Positions 25,748 through 39,120 of a DNA stretch of 64,000 bases are shown one piece after another. Made by a program: the position numbers and the translations under genes. Under the pieces are notes generated by a model. The model searched no databases, was not told the DNA's origin, and saw only the letters and a program-made list of their open reading frames with translations. Origin of the DNA: Callorhinchus milii (Eukaryota); assembly GCF_018977255.1 (NCBI RefSeq), contig NW_024704743.1:65474001-65538000 (forward strand). The letters run 5' to 3'. Every line of letters begins with the position of its first letter. The stretch's first letter is position 1.

Positions 25748-26559
25748 ACAAGTTGTATTTGTAAATTTAGATAGGATGGGTTTTGACTGCATGTAAGAAG
25801 AAGGAGCCCCAGAAAGAAAGATTAGCATTATCTGTAAGAGCAGTAAACCTAGAACTTTGTTTTGTTAGTCTTGAGAACATGGACTGAGGAAACTTGACTA
25901 TATGCAACAGACAAAGGCATTTTAATTCTATTCCAGTGGCAAAGCCATTGGAGTGTTTTGGTATTAAGTCTGTTTGAAGTTTTATCTCCATTTCTACCCT
26001 GAGAGACTGTTCTTTCAGTGAAAGCTGTATCATTTAAATGGCATGTTAAATGCCAATCTTAGTTCGAGGGAGGTTTTCTCGCCTATATTCTGTATGAAAG
26101 GGAAGCAGCTATACAATTAGTATTTTTTAAGATTATTGTTCACTGTACAAATCTTTCGCTCGACTAAGTATTCTGAAAATGTCATGCCATAGTGGGGAAT
26201 TTTTTTTGTGTAATAGATTTAAAAGTGTAGTAACTTCTTGTTTTTTAATAGGACAATTTGATCATTCAATTCGTAAAATGCGTTGTCTTCAATATTATGG
26301 AACATTTTCCTTTTGATTTCTCTTTCCTGGATTAAACTTGAAATTGCTTACTGTTAGTTTTTTTTGTCATCATACTTTAATATTTGCAGCAAAACTGTGG
26401 CGTTTCTGATTCACTTATTTCTCGATTGCATGAAAGTGGTTCATCGATAAAGTTACAAGAGTAGGAAGGAGCAGAGCTAATACACTGATCCCTTTGTTTT
26501 CAAGAAACAATTGGTACAATTTTGAGATGAACACAGAGGTGTAGTGAATGCAAGTGGAG

Positions 26560-26900
26560 TGGGAATGAACAAGCGAGGTAATGTAATGCAGAAACAATAC
26601 AACTGATTTATGGAGAGACAGACCATGAGCTAGAATAATTGGGCAACATTTTTTTCAGGGAAATCTTTAGTGGAGGGCACTCTTACATTACAAACATTTG
26701 GGTGCATAAAACTTTTTGATGCATTGCTTTGGATTCCAGAATCAAATGGCCAATACATTGGAAGGATAGTAAGGATGGATCTGTGTGAGACATGAAGAGA
26801 AAGGGAACAAAGTTGTAAGAGAGGGGACCAAGAGGAATGTGGGCTCTTGTAGATTATAAACAACGCCACAAACTAGTTGCGCCAAATGGCCTGTTTCTTT
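26560..26900 (+). mobile_element. CR1-like 3' fragment, decayed
   Basis: accaagaggaatgtgggctc..ccaaatggcctgtttc 3'UTR-like pattern. Confidence 0.45.
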
Positions 26901-28583
26901 GCCGATGTAACCACTGGCTGAAAACATACCTAAATTAATTTTGAACCCTCACAGTCTGCAAATGTGCCAGCTTTTAATGTATCCTGATCCTGAACTCTGT
27001 TTTAGAAAACAGACTGATCAGTTCACATGGTTACAAAAATATACATGCGTGATGCAATCATCTACAAACTAAAGTTCACCAATGTAGAGCCTCACATAAC
27101 TGAACTTGCTGTGGCTCACTTGCTTAAGATCACATTGCCCGTGATAAATAATGATTCATATGGTACTTGCCAGAGGAGCCATTGTTATTCAGCATTGCAG
27201 GTATGCCCACGTGTATAGAAAAGTGATTAATGTTTTCATTGCCCGATGGCAGGAACATTGGACCTATTGAGCAAGATGAAAAGTGTTTCTTAGATGAGAT
27301 AAAGGGCCAACGTTTATTAAACGTGTAAACAAGCTCATCACTGGCATAGAGAACACAGGCCATTTTGTTATAATGTACAATTAACCCTTTCGTGTCTGCA
27401 GTAATATTTTGACGTCAGATCAATATGAAACTAAGATGATGATTTTAAAAATAATCAAGGATGAATTAGGATTTCTTGCCTGTTCTCACACACAAGCGAT
27501 TTGTGCCCATATTATGCTAAAGATGCAAGGTGGGGATAAGTTGTTTAGCACTCAAAGAGTTACATTTTCCAATACACAAGGCATTAAGCAGTGGGAAATG
27601 TGCTCGTCTTCTTGCATGTAAAACCACCTATAAGCTTTATGCCGATAATTTTAGGCTTGCCCGAAATTTTGGCTCCAAGAAGCCGTTTGCTGAATATAAA
27701 GAAGATATGAAAAGTGGAAGGTGATCCAGAGAGAGAACAACAAACAACATGCAAATAACTTTGTATTTCCGAGACACAGCAAGACCATCTATATTGGCCA
27801 TAAAAATGCACAGTATGTATTCTGACTTGATATCTGCAACCGCTTGTAATCGTCTTTGAAAGATTTGTGGTGCGTGGCTGAGTACTGCAGGTGCAGAAGC
27901 TATTTCATGGCTCTCTGGAATTTTTCCACAAATTTTGTCAAGGTAAATGTCCTGTGTTACTGGAGAGATTTTAAACCAAGTTACAAGCTGTGGATGGGGA
28001 AAAATCTGTGTTAGGAATCATTATAATTTTTCTTTTATTGTATTTCACACTGTTGGGTTACTTCTCAAACCGTCTTTATGTGTGTAAAATAATCTTCAGA
28101 CTTCAGGTAGATTTCAAAAGTTCTTCTTTATTGCCGCACCGCAAACAGGTTACAGTCCAGGCACACTCTTGTGGTTCGAACAAAGAAAAACTTGGCACAC
28201 GTTCCATATATCGGTATAATGCTCCAATCAAAATGCTGTAATTAAGTTTTGTGCCTACCCCTCTAATACCACCCCCTTCTAGCTGTCTCTCATATCCCTA
28301 ACTCGGCCTGTTTAACTGTCCTAATATGAACTTGTTATTCAGTTACTCTTTCCTGTCTTTGTTCCCCATCCTTGGGCAGCTATCTGGTCCATTCCAGTTT
28401 AACCTACTCTATGCTGATTATAAAACCACTAGCCTGAGCAGTTTTTGTACAGGGTCACTATCGGTCATTCAGGCCAGAACTTCTGTTCTCCTTCACAAAC
28501 CTTTGTGTTACCTTGTACTATTTTTTTGTTGGCTGCTGTTGGCATTTTCAAACCAATATCTTCACCACTGCTTTTACCATGGT

Positions 28584-28671
28584 ATTAAGAGTTTGTTTTG
28601 CATGAAAGGAGCCATGTTAAATGCAAGTTGTTACTATAACTACATTCAAGATTTTTACATTAGTGTGACCA
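28584..28671 (+). repeat. Left arm of an 88-bp inverted repeat
   Basis: Reverse complement of 29524-29611 with 4 mismatches by manual alignment. Confidence 0.92.
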
Positions 28672-28679
28672 GAGTAGTG

Positions 28680-28886
28680 TAACTCTGGAACTCCCTTCCT
28701 CACTCCCTTCGCCTCGCCCCCTCTCTTCCTATTTTCAGGTTTCGGCTGAAGACCTTTCTTTTTGACCGTGCCTTTGGTCACCTTCCTCCCCCTCCCCCTG
28801 GCTCGGCCCCGGGATCCGTTACTGTGAAGCGCTCTGAGACGCCGTCCGGCGTGGAGGGCGCTACATAAATCCAAGTAGTTGTTGTA
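28680..28886 (+). mobile_element. L2 3'-end fragment, same subfamily as 61872-63065
   Basis: Closely matches the reverse complement of ~61873-62075, including GAGACGCCGTCCGGCGTGGAGGGCGCTA. Confidence 0.9.
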
Positions 28887-29184
28887 TTGACATCAAGCAT
28901 TTTGGAGGTTGTCGTTTTCAAGGCTTTCTGGAGACTGAGTGAACACTCAAGTTCTTCAACGCTTTTTAACAAGGTGAAGTTTGTAAATGCTGGGGATCTG
29001 GAAAAGCACTTTCCCCTCCACCATCCCCCCACCCGACTCCCCCACCCCCACCCAAACGTCCATGTGCGAGTTTGAGGTTTTTCAACCTTTTACTGAAATC
29101 ATGTCTTATAAAATGCTACAATTACAGATTTGATCTCTGCAAACAGCAATATGTTCGTGGTTAACGTGTAACTTTTAAAGCTAC

Positions 29185-29513
29185 GTGGAGTCCTGTAGCT
29201 CAGTGGTTAGAGCACTCGCTTTGCAAGCGAGAGACCTGAGTTCAATTCCAGGCAGGTCAGGGCGAAACCTTGGGCAAGTTTCCTTACGCCACACGCCAAA
29301 TTATAATCCCTCCAAAACCAAAAACAATAATAAATTGGTCATTTTCAATCTACGATTGCTTGTGGGACACTGCTGTGCGCAATTGGCTGTCGCGTTCGCC
29401 CACACATATACAGTCAATTCACTTTACAGTATATTCTGTGAAGCGCTTTGGGACGTCTAGAAGGCGCGAAAAGCGCTATATCAAATGCAAGGATTATTAT
29501 TATATTATTATTA
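29185..29513 (+). mobile_element. Young tRNA-Ala-derived DeuSINE, full length, sense orientation
   Basis: GTGGAGTCCTGTAGCTCAGTGGTTAGAGCA head, CTCGC-TTTGCAA-GCGAG anticodon arm (TGC), GTTCAATTCC B box, Deu-like core and GCGCTATATCAAATGCAAGGATTATTATT tail. Confidence 0.93.
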
Positions 29514-29523
29514 CTATGAAAAT

Positions 29524-29611
29524 TGGTCACACTAATGTAAAAACCTTGAATGTAGTTATAGTAACAACTTACATTTAACATGGCTCCTTTCATGCAAAGC
29601 AAACTGTTAAT
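29524..29611 (-). repeat. Right arm of the 88-bp inverted repeat
   Basis: See 28584-28671. Confidence 0.92.
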
Positions 29612-29839
29612 GCTCTTAGAGTACAGGTTACTGAAGGTTGTTTCAAGGTGTGTGGCTACTGGACCTGCAATCTGAAAATGTTAAGTTCCCAATGTGAATT
29701 GGGACCAGAGAGAAGGGAAAGAAACTGACAGGCGTGTCCTGTGGAGGTGATTCAGAACGTGGTAAGAATTAATCTTGGTGGCATTGTCAGAAAATGGCTG
29801 CAAATGGAAAAATGAGCACTTGCAGACTGTGTGCTTTCC

Positions 29840-31060
29840 AAACAACAACAACAATTTGCACTTATATGGCAGCCTCCACGCAGGGTAGCATATCAGAGCA
29901 CTTGACAGTGGCGGAGCCTGACTCTGAGCCGAGGGGAGGTGGCCGTAAGCATGGTTGAAGAGGAAGGTTTTCAGGCGGGACTTGAAAGAGGGGAGAGAGG
30001 GGGCAAGGTGGAGGGATTGAGGAAGAGTGTTCCAGAGTTTTGGGGCTTAGTGGCTGAAAGCGCGACTGCTGATGGTGGGGCGGAGGGTGCGAGAGACGAG
30101 CAGGAGGTCGGTGCCAGTTGAGCGGAGACGCCGTGTGGTGGACTGGGGAGTGAGGAGGTCGGAGAGGTAGGGAGGTGCTAGAGAGTGAATGGATTTGAAC
30201 ACAAGAGTGAGGATCTTGAAGTCGATCCGTTCGGGAGCCAGTGAAGCTTGGCCAGAGCTGGTGAGATGTGGGTATGGAGTTTGGTCCAGGTCAGTGTGCG
30301 GGCAGCAGAGTTTTAAATGAGCTGGATCTTGTGAATGGTGGAGCTGGGAAGACAGGCGAGGAGTGCGTTGATGTGATCTAGGCGGGAGGTGACAAGTGCA
30401 TGCACAAGGGTTTGGGCTGCATTTGGGGAAAGGTACGGTCGGAGATAGGCAATGTGGAGGTAACGTAAGAAGGTGGTCCTGGTTAGGGACCGGATGTGGG
30501 GGAGGAAGGACAGTTGGGGGTAGAACCAGACACCTAGGTTGCGCACTGGTTCAGTGAGTGTGAGGCAGAGCCCAGGGAGGTTGAGGAGTTCAGATCAGAA
30601 GTGAAGACGTTGACGGGAGCCAAGGAGTACGGCTTCCGTCTTGTCCATGTTCAACTGCAGGAAGTTTACACTCATTCAGGCTTTGATGTCTGCCAGACAA
30701 GCTGATAGAACATCGGTGGACCTGGAGTTGGTACTGGAGGAGGCAAAGTAGACCTGTGTGTCATCCGCATACATGTGGAAGTTCACCCCGTGTCTACGGA
30801 TGACATTGCTAGAGGGAGCATATAGATAAGGAAAGAGAGAGCCAAGGATGGAGCCCTGGGATACTCTGCAAATGACTGAGTGGGAAGAGGAGAGGAAACC
30901 ATTTGCTGAGATTAAATGGTTGGTTAAGTAGGAATCGAACCATGCGAGGACGGTCCCACTAAGGTAGATAAGGGAGGAGAGGCTATGGAGGAGGATGGCA
31001 TGGTCGAACACAGCAGAGATCCAGGAGGACAAGGAGGCAGAGGGAGCCCAGGGAGGGGGA
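29840..31060 (-). mobile_element. 5'-truncated L2 LINE (RT and 3' end)
   Basis: [26 protein letters not shown] and ALVTSRLDHINALL; (GTT)n tail at ~29842. Confidence 0.92.
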
Positions 31061-32549
31061 TATGAAGGAGAGTAGTGAAGGGAGGGGGTGAGGGCGAGTG
31101 GTGAGAGGCGGTTGAAGTATGAGGGAAGATTTTAAAAAAGAAAACGCAGTGTGTTTCATATTAAAAAAACATCAAATCATAATGTGATACTCTCTATCGA
31201 CATATCTTTGCTGAGTTATTAGAATTTTCATTATTTTTGAACAGACAATAATAGTAGCTGTCGGAGCAAAAACATAATTGATGGTTGAACTTCCTTATTC
31301 CCAATGTTGCTCTTTTGATACCATCAAGAATCTCGAAATTCATTCAGCAGGAAGATGCTGTTGCTCCACTTACACAGCTGGTTGGCTTCAATTTCCTGTA
31401 CGGTACATGAACTCTGTTGGTTCTAGTGCTCGCGCTGACAACTGACTACAAAGCCAGTGGCCACGGAGGTCGAACACTGATGTTGATATTTATGTTGCAT
31501 GAGAAAAAAAGTCAGTCAGTTCAGCGTGAGATGTATGATCACTCACAAGAACAATCTTTGGAATGTTCTTTTTCCAGAAACCAAATCCTAAAGCATTACT
31601 TAGCGTGGGCAGCAAGGGATTGTAAACCCTCACAAGGGTCGTTTGTGAACGGCTCATAAACTAAACTGAATTACAGTAAATTAATCAACATTAGGTGTTT
31701 CACACATAGAAGCTGACGAGATGAAAAAAAATGAAACTTTGGAACGACCAAGGTTATTTTTGTTCCAAGTGTGGGTTTATTCGACCTTAAATCAGCCAAC
31801 CAAACTTCTCAGTTCCATTGTACAAAAATACTTGCGGACATATATCTCAACCTTATGAAAATAAAGTTGGCTACGCTCACTAATATTTTCCAACCGTGGT
31901 CACATTGTGAAATAAAAGGTAAAAGGTCTCTTTGTTTGAAATGTTTTGACCTTTTGGCCCAGTAACTTTCCATATTGCAAACACACCGCAAAACTTGTTG
32001 ATTCACAGAGAATGCATAAGGGCACCGACTGCAGGATAGTTTTCAAACCGGGATTTGGTGAATAGATTTTCTCTTATCTATTGAGAAAGGGGCTTCATAA
32101 ATGCAAGTTGTTGTCGTTGTCACCATCTTTTTATGCCCAGCGAGACTCCTGGTACATACAGCCTGGGCTGAAACTCAAATTCTGTGGTATGTCTTGCCTC
32201 AGCTATTTGAGTTTCTTTCTCCTCTTTCCCCATTCACTTATTTTATATTTTCTGATTTTGATTTTTCATTTTAACCACCTTCCTGTTTTTCAAAATGTTG
32301 CGCAGCCTGTACTGGAGTGCTGTAGCCACAGCTACAATCAGTTTGACTGTACCACAGCAACAGGTGATTGTTTTACTGTATATACAGTATGAAGTTTGTT
32401 TCCTTCTTGAATATTACTTACCTTCCTTAGAGTTGATCTATTTTAAATTCAACAGTACAGAGCGGATGGTACAAGCATCTTCATCATTCTGAGTTTTTAA
32501 ATGGTTCTTGATTGTTTTCGCTGTTTGGTAAAGGTGTAACAAGTTGGCG

Positions 32550-32790
32550 TGAACTCAGGATTATTAATGGCAGAGTTGAGGAAGATAGTTAGAAACCCCT
32601 TTTTCACACAGAGCCATTGGAATGGGTGATGCTTTGCCACAAATGGCATTTAAAAGAAAATTGGATAAAGATTTGAAGAGTGTGAAGGGAAAAGGTACTG
32701 GGAAAGAGCAGGAAATTAGGAAGTTAGCACCGTTTTAGGTTCGATGATTCAAAAATAGTCCTCTTATGTTACAATTTCTATGATTCGACA
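32550..32790 (+). mobile_element. CR1-like 3' fragment
   Basis: tttttcacacagag..gatgctttgccacaaatggcatttaaaagaaaattggataa. Confidence 0.55.
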
Positions 32791-35689
32791 GAGATAGTTC
32801 AGTTACATTGAGTAGAATGGAAGAGTTGTGTGTTTAATACTGAGTCACATTGGATTGTCAAGAACCGAGGTTTATGGGATGGTATAAATTGAGTAAGTAG
32901 CCAGTCACAGCTTGAAAAGGCACGGCACACCAAGTGTGTAACATTATGGCCATCCATTCAAATTTCTCCTTTGTGAGAAAGGGCAAGCCGGGAAGGAAGA
33001 GGTCAACTCGCCACCCATAATGGGAAAGTAGTAATCAATGGCCCTGTGAAATTGTTGGATCTCACAGTGGACTCCTTTAAGGGATACTGATATAATATGC
33101 GTCCCATAATGAGAGAAACTCATCAAAGTCATCTCTGTACCTGATTTCAAAAACCTTTGCTTAGGAAGTGAACTGTGAGTCCCATTTCCATACTACATCT
33201 TTTGGCTTTCCAATATGGTGTACCACGACAGTTTCAAGGTTTAGTCAAACAAAACTGGACACCGCTTGTGGCAGGAAAGGGCATTTGGAATATTGTGTCT
33301 AATTGTGTATAGTAATACAAATAATAGAAACTGTTTACCATATAAACCAGATAGCAGCCTTTTAACGTGTACATTGTTTGACACGCATTTATCTATAGTC
33401 TGAGAGGAAATCCGATTTACAGTCATTAAGTCGTACTATTATTTGATGCAGCGGCTGGTTGGAAACATTTTACAATGAAAAGCTTAACATTTTTTGAACT
33501 CATTTTAACTTTACTGCTGTAATGCAATTGGTGAGGACTAGCACAAATTGTACTTGAATCGACACAACAATTGGGAATATTCTATCTAATTGTTTGCAGT
33601 TTTTAAAAAATATAGAGACTGTTTGTTTACCACATAGAACTGATATCGTCTTTTAAAAGAGCAAGTGTTTTGTGTGCTTTGTTTGATGAGCTTTTTATCT
33701 ACTCTCTGAAGACCAGCTGTGCAAGTCACATTCACATTGAGAAATAAAAGCTTAATTACTGTACGTTTTTCTTTGCCTGACAGCCAGAGGTTTACTGATA
33801 CCTTCCCTGTCATAAAGAACTCTTTCAGCCTTTATTCGATTGAACTTTCTTTGCAGTTCACATATAAGGTCGTGATAGGGCATTTCCTTAACAAAAACTA
33901 AAAGGAGGGTCTGTACTGTAGGAGCCATTATAAAGCCTTTTTTTGGCCTCTGTTGTGAGTTGATTGCAGTGCCCAGTGTAGCCCCTGCATAGCAGTGGAG
34001 CTAAAATGGGTAGGTCTGGTGCCAACGACAGACTATGAGATTGTGATATCCTTTTCCATTGTTAAAACAAGTTGTCAACACTGGACACTTACAGTATGTG
34101 GAGACTAGTTTCTGTTGGGTCGAAGCTTGTGTTGGTAAGTCGACAAACAAAACGTATTTAAAAGGCAGATTCCAAATGAGCTTTGTGGTTTGGAGCTTGG
34201 AAATCCAGACAATGTTCAACAATTTTCACTGTGATTATCCGTTTATCTACAGATGTGTATAGATACATTGTTCTCTACACATTTACTTAAAAAAGAAATG
34301 TGATGGGCGTATTATTTGTCCCACTGTAACAATAGCAAATTAACAATTGTGCAAGGAAATTATTGTCCATTGGGGTGAAAAGGAGAAGATACAGGTTTTC
34401 AAAACATTGGCTCCAAAACTGGATTCTTCATCCTATGGGAGGATTTTTTTTAATAAACAAAAGCATGATTAATTGCTGCAGCACATACAATTTGTAAAGA
34501 GATTCTAATCTCTGCTGCTTGTTTTTTCTGTTGTATAAAATCGAGGTGGAAAAGCCAACTGTGTCTGTGTTAGCAGTAAATAGTGCAGCAATTGCCTTTT
34601 TGTGTGTGGTATGTTTCTCACTCAGAAGAGTAGGGTTGCTATTGATTTGTGAGGTTGGTCATGTGATGAAACTTCATCTAGGTGAAAGGACTGAAATGTA
34701 ATTGTTCCCTTTACTGTATGTTGGAATGTTTGCTTCCCTCTCCCTTTACCTCTCCACCCCCCTCTCTCTGTGTTCCCCCGATTATCTTTCTCTTTAAAGG
34801 GTAGCACTTATTGTGTTGGCAGGGTTAGTCATGTCACCAACTCTACTTACCCGTTTAATGTTCCACCTAGAAACTTTTTGCATTCTTCTTTCTCTCTCTA
34901 AATCGTGTTTTTTTTGTGCATCACAGTAAAATTCTTTCAAGTCCACTTCAAAGAATTGCAGCAAACGCATTTCTTGGTTGCTTGGAAAGGGCTCTCTAAT
35001 GATGATTGACTCTTATCCATAAAGTTGGTGCACTAATTCCACAATGCAAGATCAAAGGCGGAAACCTAGCTCTACGCATGAATTCACGAATAATACTTTC
35101 AAAATATAGGCTTGTTTTTAAAAACTGCCTTAATTTACGATTCGAGAAGTAAAAGGAAATACTCCCAAGTAGTTGGTTTAGAGGAGGATTTGTTTGTGTA
35201 TTCAAAAGGCCTGTAATGTCTAATTTGTTTCATTTTAATTGGGTGGAGATGGGCTTCATATTCCAGTTTAAAGATTATGGTTTTCAATCCAGGCCCTGGA
35301 TTTGTGCTGTGACTGTTTTTGTGCAATTCTGTTTTATGTAAAAAGATCCTGTGGATTTTTAAGGTTTCTAAATAGTTATGAAATTTCAACAATTCTGCAG
35401 GAGAAATGTATGGGAGAGTGTGTGAAATGAGCCGAAGTGATGATGAACAGAGTAAGAGTTCTGTAAAAAACAGCCGTGTTAAATTACACTGCAATGAGCT
35501 GGAATGTGAACAACAAAGAACAGACTTGGCTTTGTCATTTTAACTTTAAAGCACAACTGATATGGAATATTGTAAAATATTATTATAGCATAATCTTTGG
35601 AGAACTCACAAGCATAGTTCTGTTTTCTTTTCCTGAAATTGGCCTGAGACTCTCAAATTGAGAGAAGCATCCTAGAGGCTCTTTACTCA

Positions 35690-35930
35690 CCTTATTTGTG
35701 GTTTTGGAATGTTTTAAAGAGGAGTTGGCTCTTACAAAATCTACAAGGGGTAAGGACTCAAACTCAGAGGAGAGAAGGTGAACAGACGGTTTAGATTTAA
35801 TTATAGAGTGTCATGAATATGTGGAATGGACTACCCAGGGAGGTGGTGGGGATGGATTGCATCAGCAAATTCGAGAGGGAATTGGACAATTATTTGGTGA
35901 ATAAATCATTTGTGGGGTATGAGAGGTAGA
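35690..35930 (+). mobile_element. CR1-like 3' fragment
   Basis: agagtgtcatgaatatgtggaatggactacccagggaggtggtg (RV...WN.LP.EVV, then F.RELD.YL). Confidence 0.7.
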
Positions 35931-36369
35931 GGAATATTTTTATGATATTTTGTGGTCCTGAATTATGATCTTCATGCCTATGATTTTTTGGTAAAGGCTA
36001 CCTCTTCGAAAGATTTAAAATACAGTCCAACCACATTGTTTACTGAATAGTTGGGGTCCTTAAAAAATGAGACTACTTAATAACAGGGTGTGTTATAAAG
36101 GGGGTGAGGGAGGATGGGGGAGTGCGGTGAGGGGTGCGTTGTAATGCAGTTGCTCTGGGCTTTAAGGTTGATGTCACTGAACCACAGTGTATCGCAGGAA
36201 GCCAGACAGTCAGTAGAGACAACTCTTCATTAATAATTCTGGGTGTGCCGGAAGCCAGCATTCCCCTATAATATCTTGTTGTATCTGAGGCCATGGTATA
36301 AGTGAGATGTGATATAATGGGGCTTTCTTAATAGCATTGGAACACATGATCATTTTCCCCATTGGCTTG

Positions 36370-36720
36370 CCCAGTGAGAGGCCGAGCCATACACAGCAGA
36401 AAACTAATTTGAATCCCAGTCTGTGCTGAGTTCATTATCTCAGCCAGGTGACATTAGGGCCATGACAATTTGTCTCACTGCTCGATGAGAGCAGGGAAAA
36501 TCAACCAGGGTTCCTGCTCCCGACTGCTATCTACTTATCCTATTCAAAGTGGATGAGCTAGATATTGTCAGAAACAGGCTTGGCTGTGGGTGGTCTGTGG
36601 TCTGCTGACGTTCACCAGTCAATGCTCTTATATGAAGAATGAACACTTGGGAGAGGTACTTTTGGAACTATCCCCCAATAGGAGAAAGAAAGCATAAAAG
36701 TAGCTTCAGGACTGGAAGGA
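36370..36720 (+). mobile_element. Third, old SINE-like dispersed family (not named)
   Basis: gagccatacacagcag..gtctgtgctgagtt..tctcagcc..gggaaaatcaaccagggttcctgctcc..atgaagaatg. Related copies on - at ~15350-15510, 19360-19625, 49140-49380, 49555-49700 and 55090-55370; head fragment on + at ~37190. Confidence 0.6.
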
Positions 36721-39120
36721 AATACCCTCCCCCCCCCACCCCCGGATGGGCCATGATTTAATGTCTTGATTTGGGGTTTAAGTATTTATATTCACTAAAT
36801 TGAAAGTAGGAATGTGGTCTTGGCTCTTTGAATCTACTACCAGAATTTGTTCTCTCACCCACAGTTCCACCACTTTACAGTATATCCTTTGAAGCACTTT
36901 GAGACATCTTGTTGACTTGATAAGCCACTATATCAAATGCAACGATTATATTCTTACATTATATATTAATATATATATTATATTATTATCTTTGTGCTGC
37001 ACTTAAAAATTGGTTCCCTTCCTTTCACCCGAGCTAATTTCCTTGGTGTTGAATAATAATGGATGAGAGGTGAAGGCCTCTATTTATGCTCTATGGTGGA
37101 ACAATGGTATACTGCTGGATTTTTTAAAAAATGTAACATCCTCTATGGAGAAATGAATGTCAGTAAATTATATTAACAACAAAGATCCCTTCGTGGCTCA
37201 GTGGGTAAATGTGTTGCATGGATGTGGTGCAGGGCCACACGAGTCAAGAAAGCTCCTAGTCTGCTGAATTTACATGCATATATTTACATTTTACATTTAC
37301 AGTTTGTTGTAACATTGGCTTCAATAGAGCACCAGGAAAGAAAAATGGGAATCGAAAGAAAAAAATTAGTTGTATTTATAGGTGCTATAGAATTCTTCAT
37401 CTTCACTGCTACCCAGCAGGAAAAACGTTTGAGATGTCTTGATGACGTGATAAGATACTGTATCAAATGCAAGTATTATTATTATTTATTATTGTGCCTT
37501 CTTGGATATGTACCAGATCCATCTATCCCAAATAACGTTCTCAAAGGATATGCATATCCAATTTATATTTTTACTTGATAGAGATCATTCTCACAGCATC
37601 AACTATTTTGGAAAACTGTTACACATCAACAACAACAACAAGAAAATCACATACGTAGCGCCTTTCACATCGGGCAGACGTCCCAAGGCGCTGGATAGAC
37701 AGAGTTTCGGACCCGAGCTGAGGGGTGGGGAAGGAGGGAGGGCAGGGGGGGAAGCAGGGAGATCCAAAGCACAGTCGAAGAGGAGGGTCTTCAGATGGGT
37801 CTTGAAGGTGGCGAGGGAGGGGGCGAGATGGAGGGACTGCGGGATGGATTCCAGAGGGAGTGCAGAGTGGCGGAAGTCCCGCCCGCCGATAGTGGAGCGA
37901 GCAAGGCGGGGGGCGTGAAGCAGGCCGGAGCCCGCTGAGTGGGATGGTAAGGGGTTAGGAGGTCGGAGAGTTAGGGGGGAGGACCAGGATCTTGAACTGT
38001 ATCCTCTGTGTGATGGGAAGCCAGTGGACAAGGGTGGGGGTGTTAGGGTCATGGAGCCTGGTGCGGGAGAGGACATGTGCTGCAGAGTTCTGGATGATCT
38101 GCAGCCTGTGGAGGAAGGAGTTGGGGAGGCCGACAAGCAGGGAGTTTGCATAGTCGAGCCTCCATGTAATGAAGGCATGTATGATGGTTTCAGTGGCCTG
38201 AGGTGTGAGACTGTGTCGGAATCGAATGACGTTGTGGAGGAGGTGGAAGGCAGAGCTGGTCATGGCGTGAATGTGGAGTAGAAAGAATAGTTGAGGGTCG
38301 AACAAGACCCCAAGGTTCTGGACTGGCTTAGCAAGGTGGAGTGTGCAACTATGGATGGTGATACTGTCGGCGTCTGAGATGAGGAGGTGCTGATGGGAGC
38401 CAATCAGGAGAGCCTCGATCTTGTTGACGTTCAACTGAAGAAAGTTAGCTCTCATCCAGGACTTGATGTCTGACAGACATTCTGTCAGGACAGCAGTGGT
38501 ACTGAAGTCAAGGTGGAGGCAGAGAGGTAGAGTTGGGTGTCATCCGCATACATGTGGAAGTTGACCCCATGTCTGCGGATGATGTCACCAAGAGGGAGCA
38601 TATAGATATTGAAGAGGAGGGGACCAAGGACAGAGCCCTGAGGAACGGTCCCGGGGCTAGAGGAGCAGCATTTGAGGAGATGAAGTACAGGCGGTTTGAG
38701 AGGTACGACCTGAACCAGTCAAGGACAGTGGCTTGGATGTTGAGGTGAGAGGAGAGGCGGTGGATGAGGATAGAGTGGTCGACGGTGTCGAAAGCAGCAG
38801 AGAGGTCAAGGAAGACGAGGAGGCAGAGGGAGCCCTGCTTGCAGATGGACAGAATGTCATTTGTCACTTTGACCAGAGTGGTTTCTGTGCTGTGGGAGAC
38901 ACAGAAGCCCGATTGGAGGGGTTCGAGAAGGGAGTGGCAGGAGAAAAAAGAGCAAAGCTTAGAAGCAACAACTCGTTCCAGGACCTTGGAGAGGGGGCGG
39001 TAGGTGGAGAGTAGAGAAGGGTCCAGGAAGGGTTTTTTTAAGGACAGGAGTGATGACAGCGTTTTTTAAAGGGGTGGGAACAGTACCACAGGACAGGGAG
39101 AGGTTAACAAAGTCAATGAG

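Noticed and set aside
29185..29260. tRNA-Ala(TGC)-like gene
   Set aside because: There is no proper acceptor stem or terminator, and it runs into a SINE body present in several copies. It is a SINE head.
31380..31625. Faint minus-strand resemblance to transposon-associated proteins
   Set aside because: The similarity is too weak to support by eye, and the frame is interrupted by stops.
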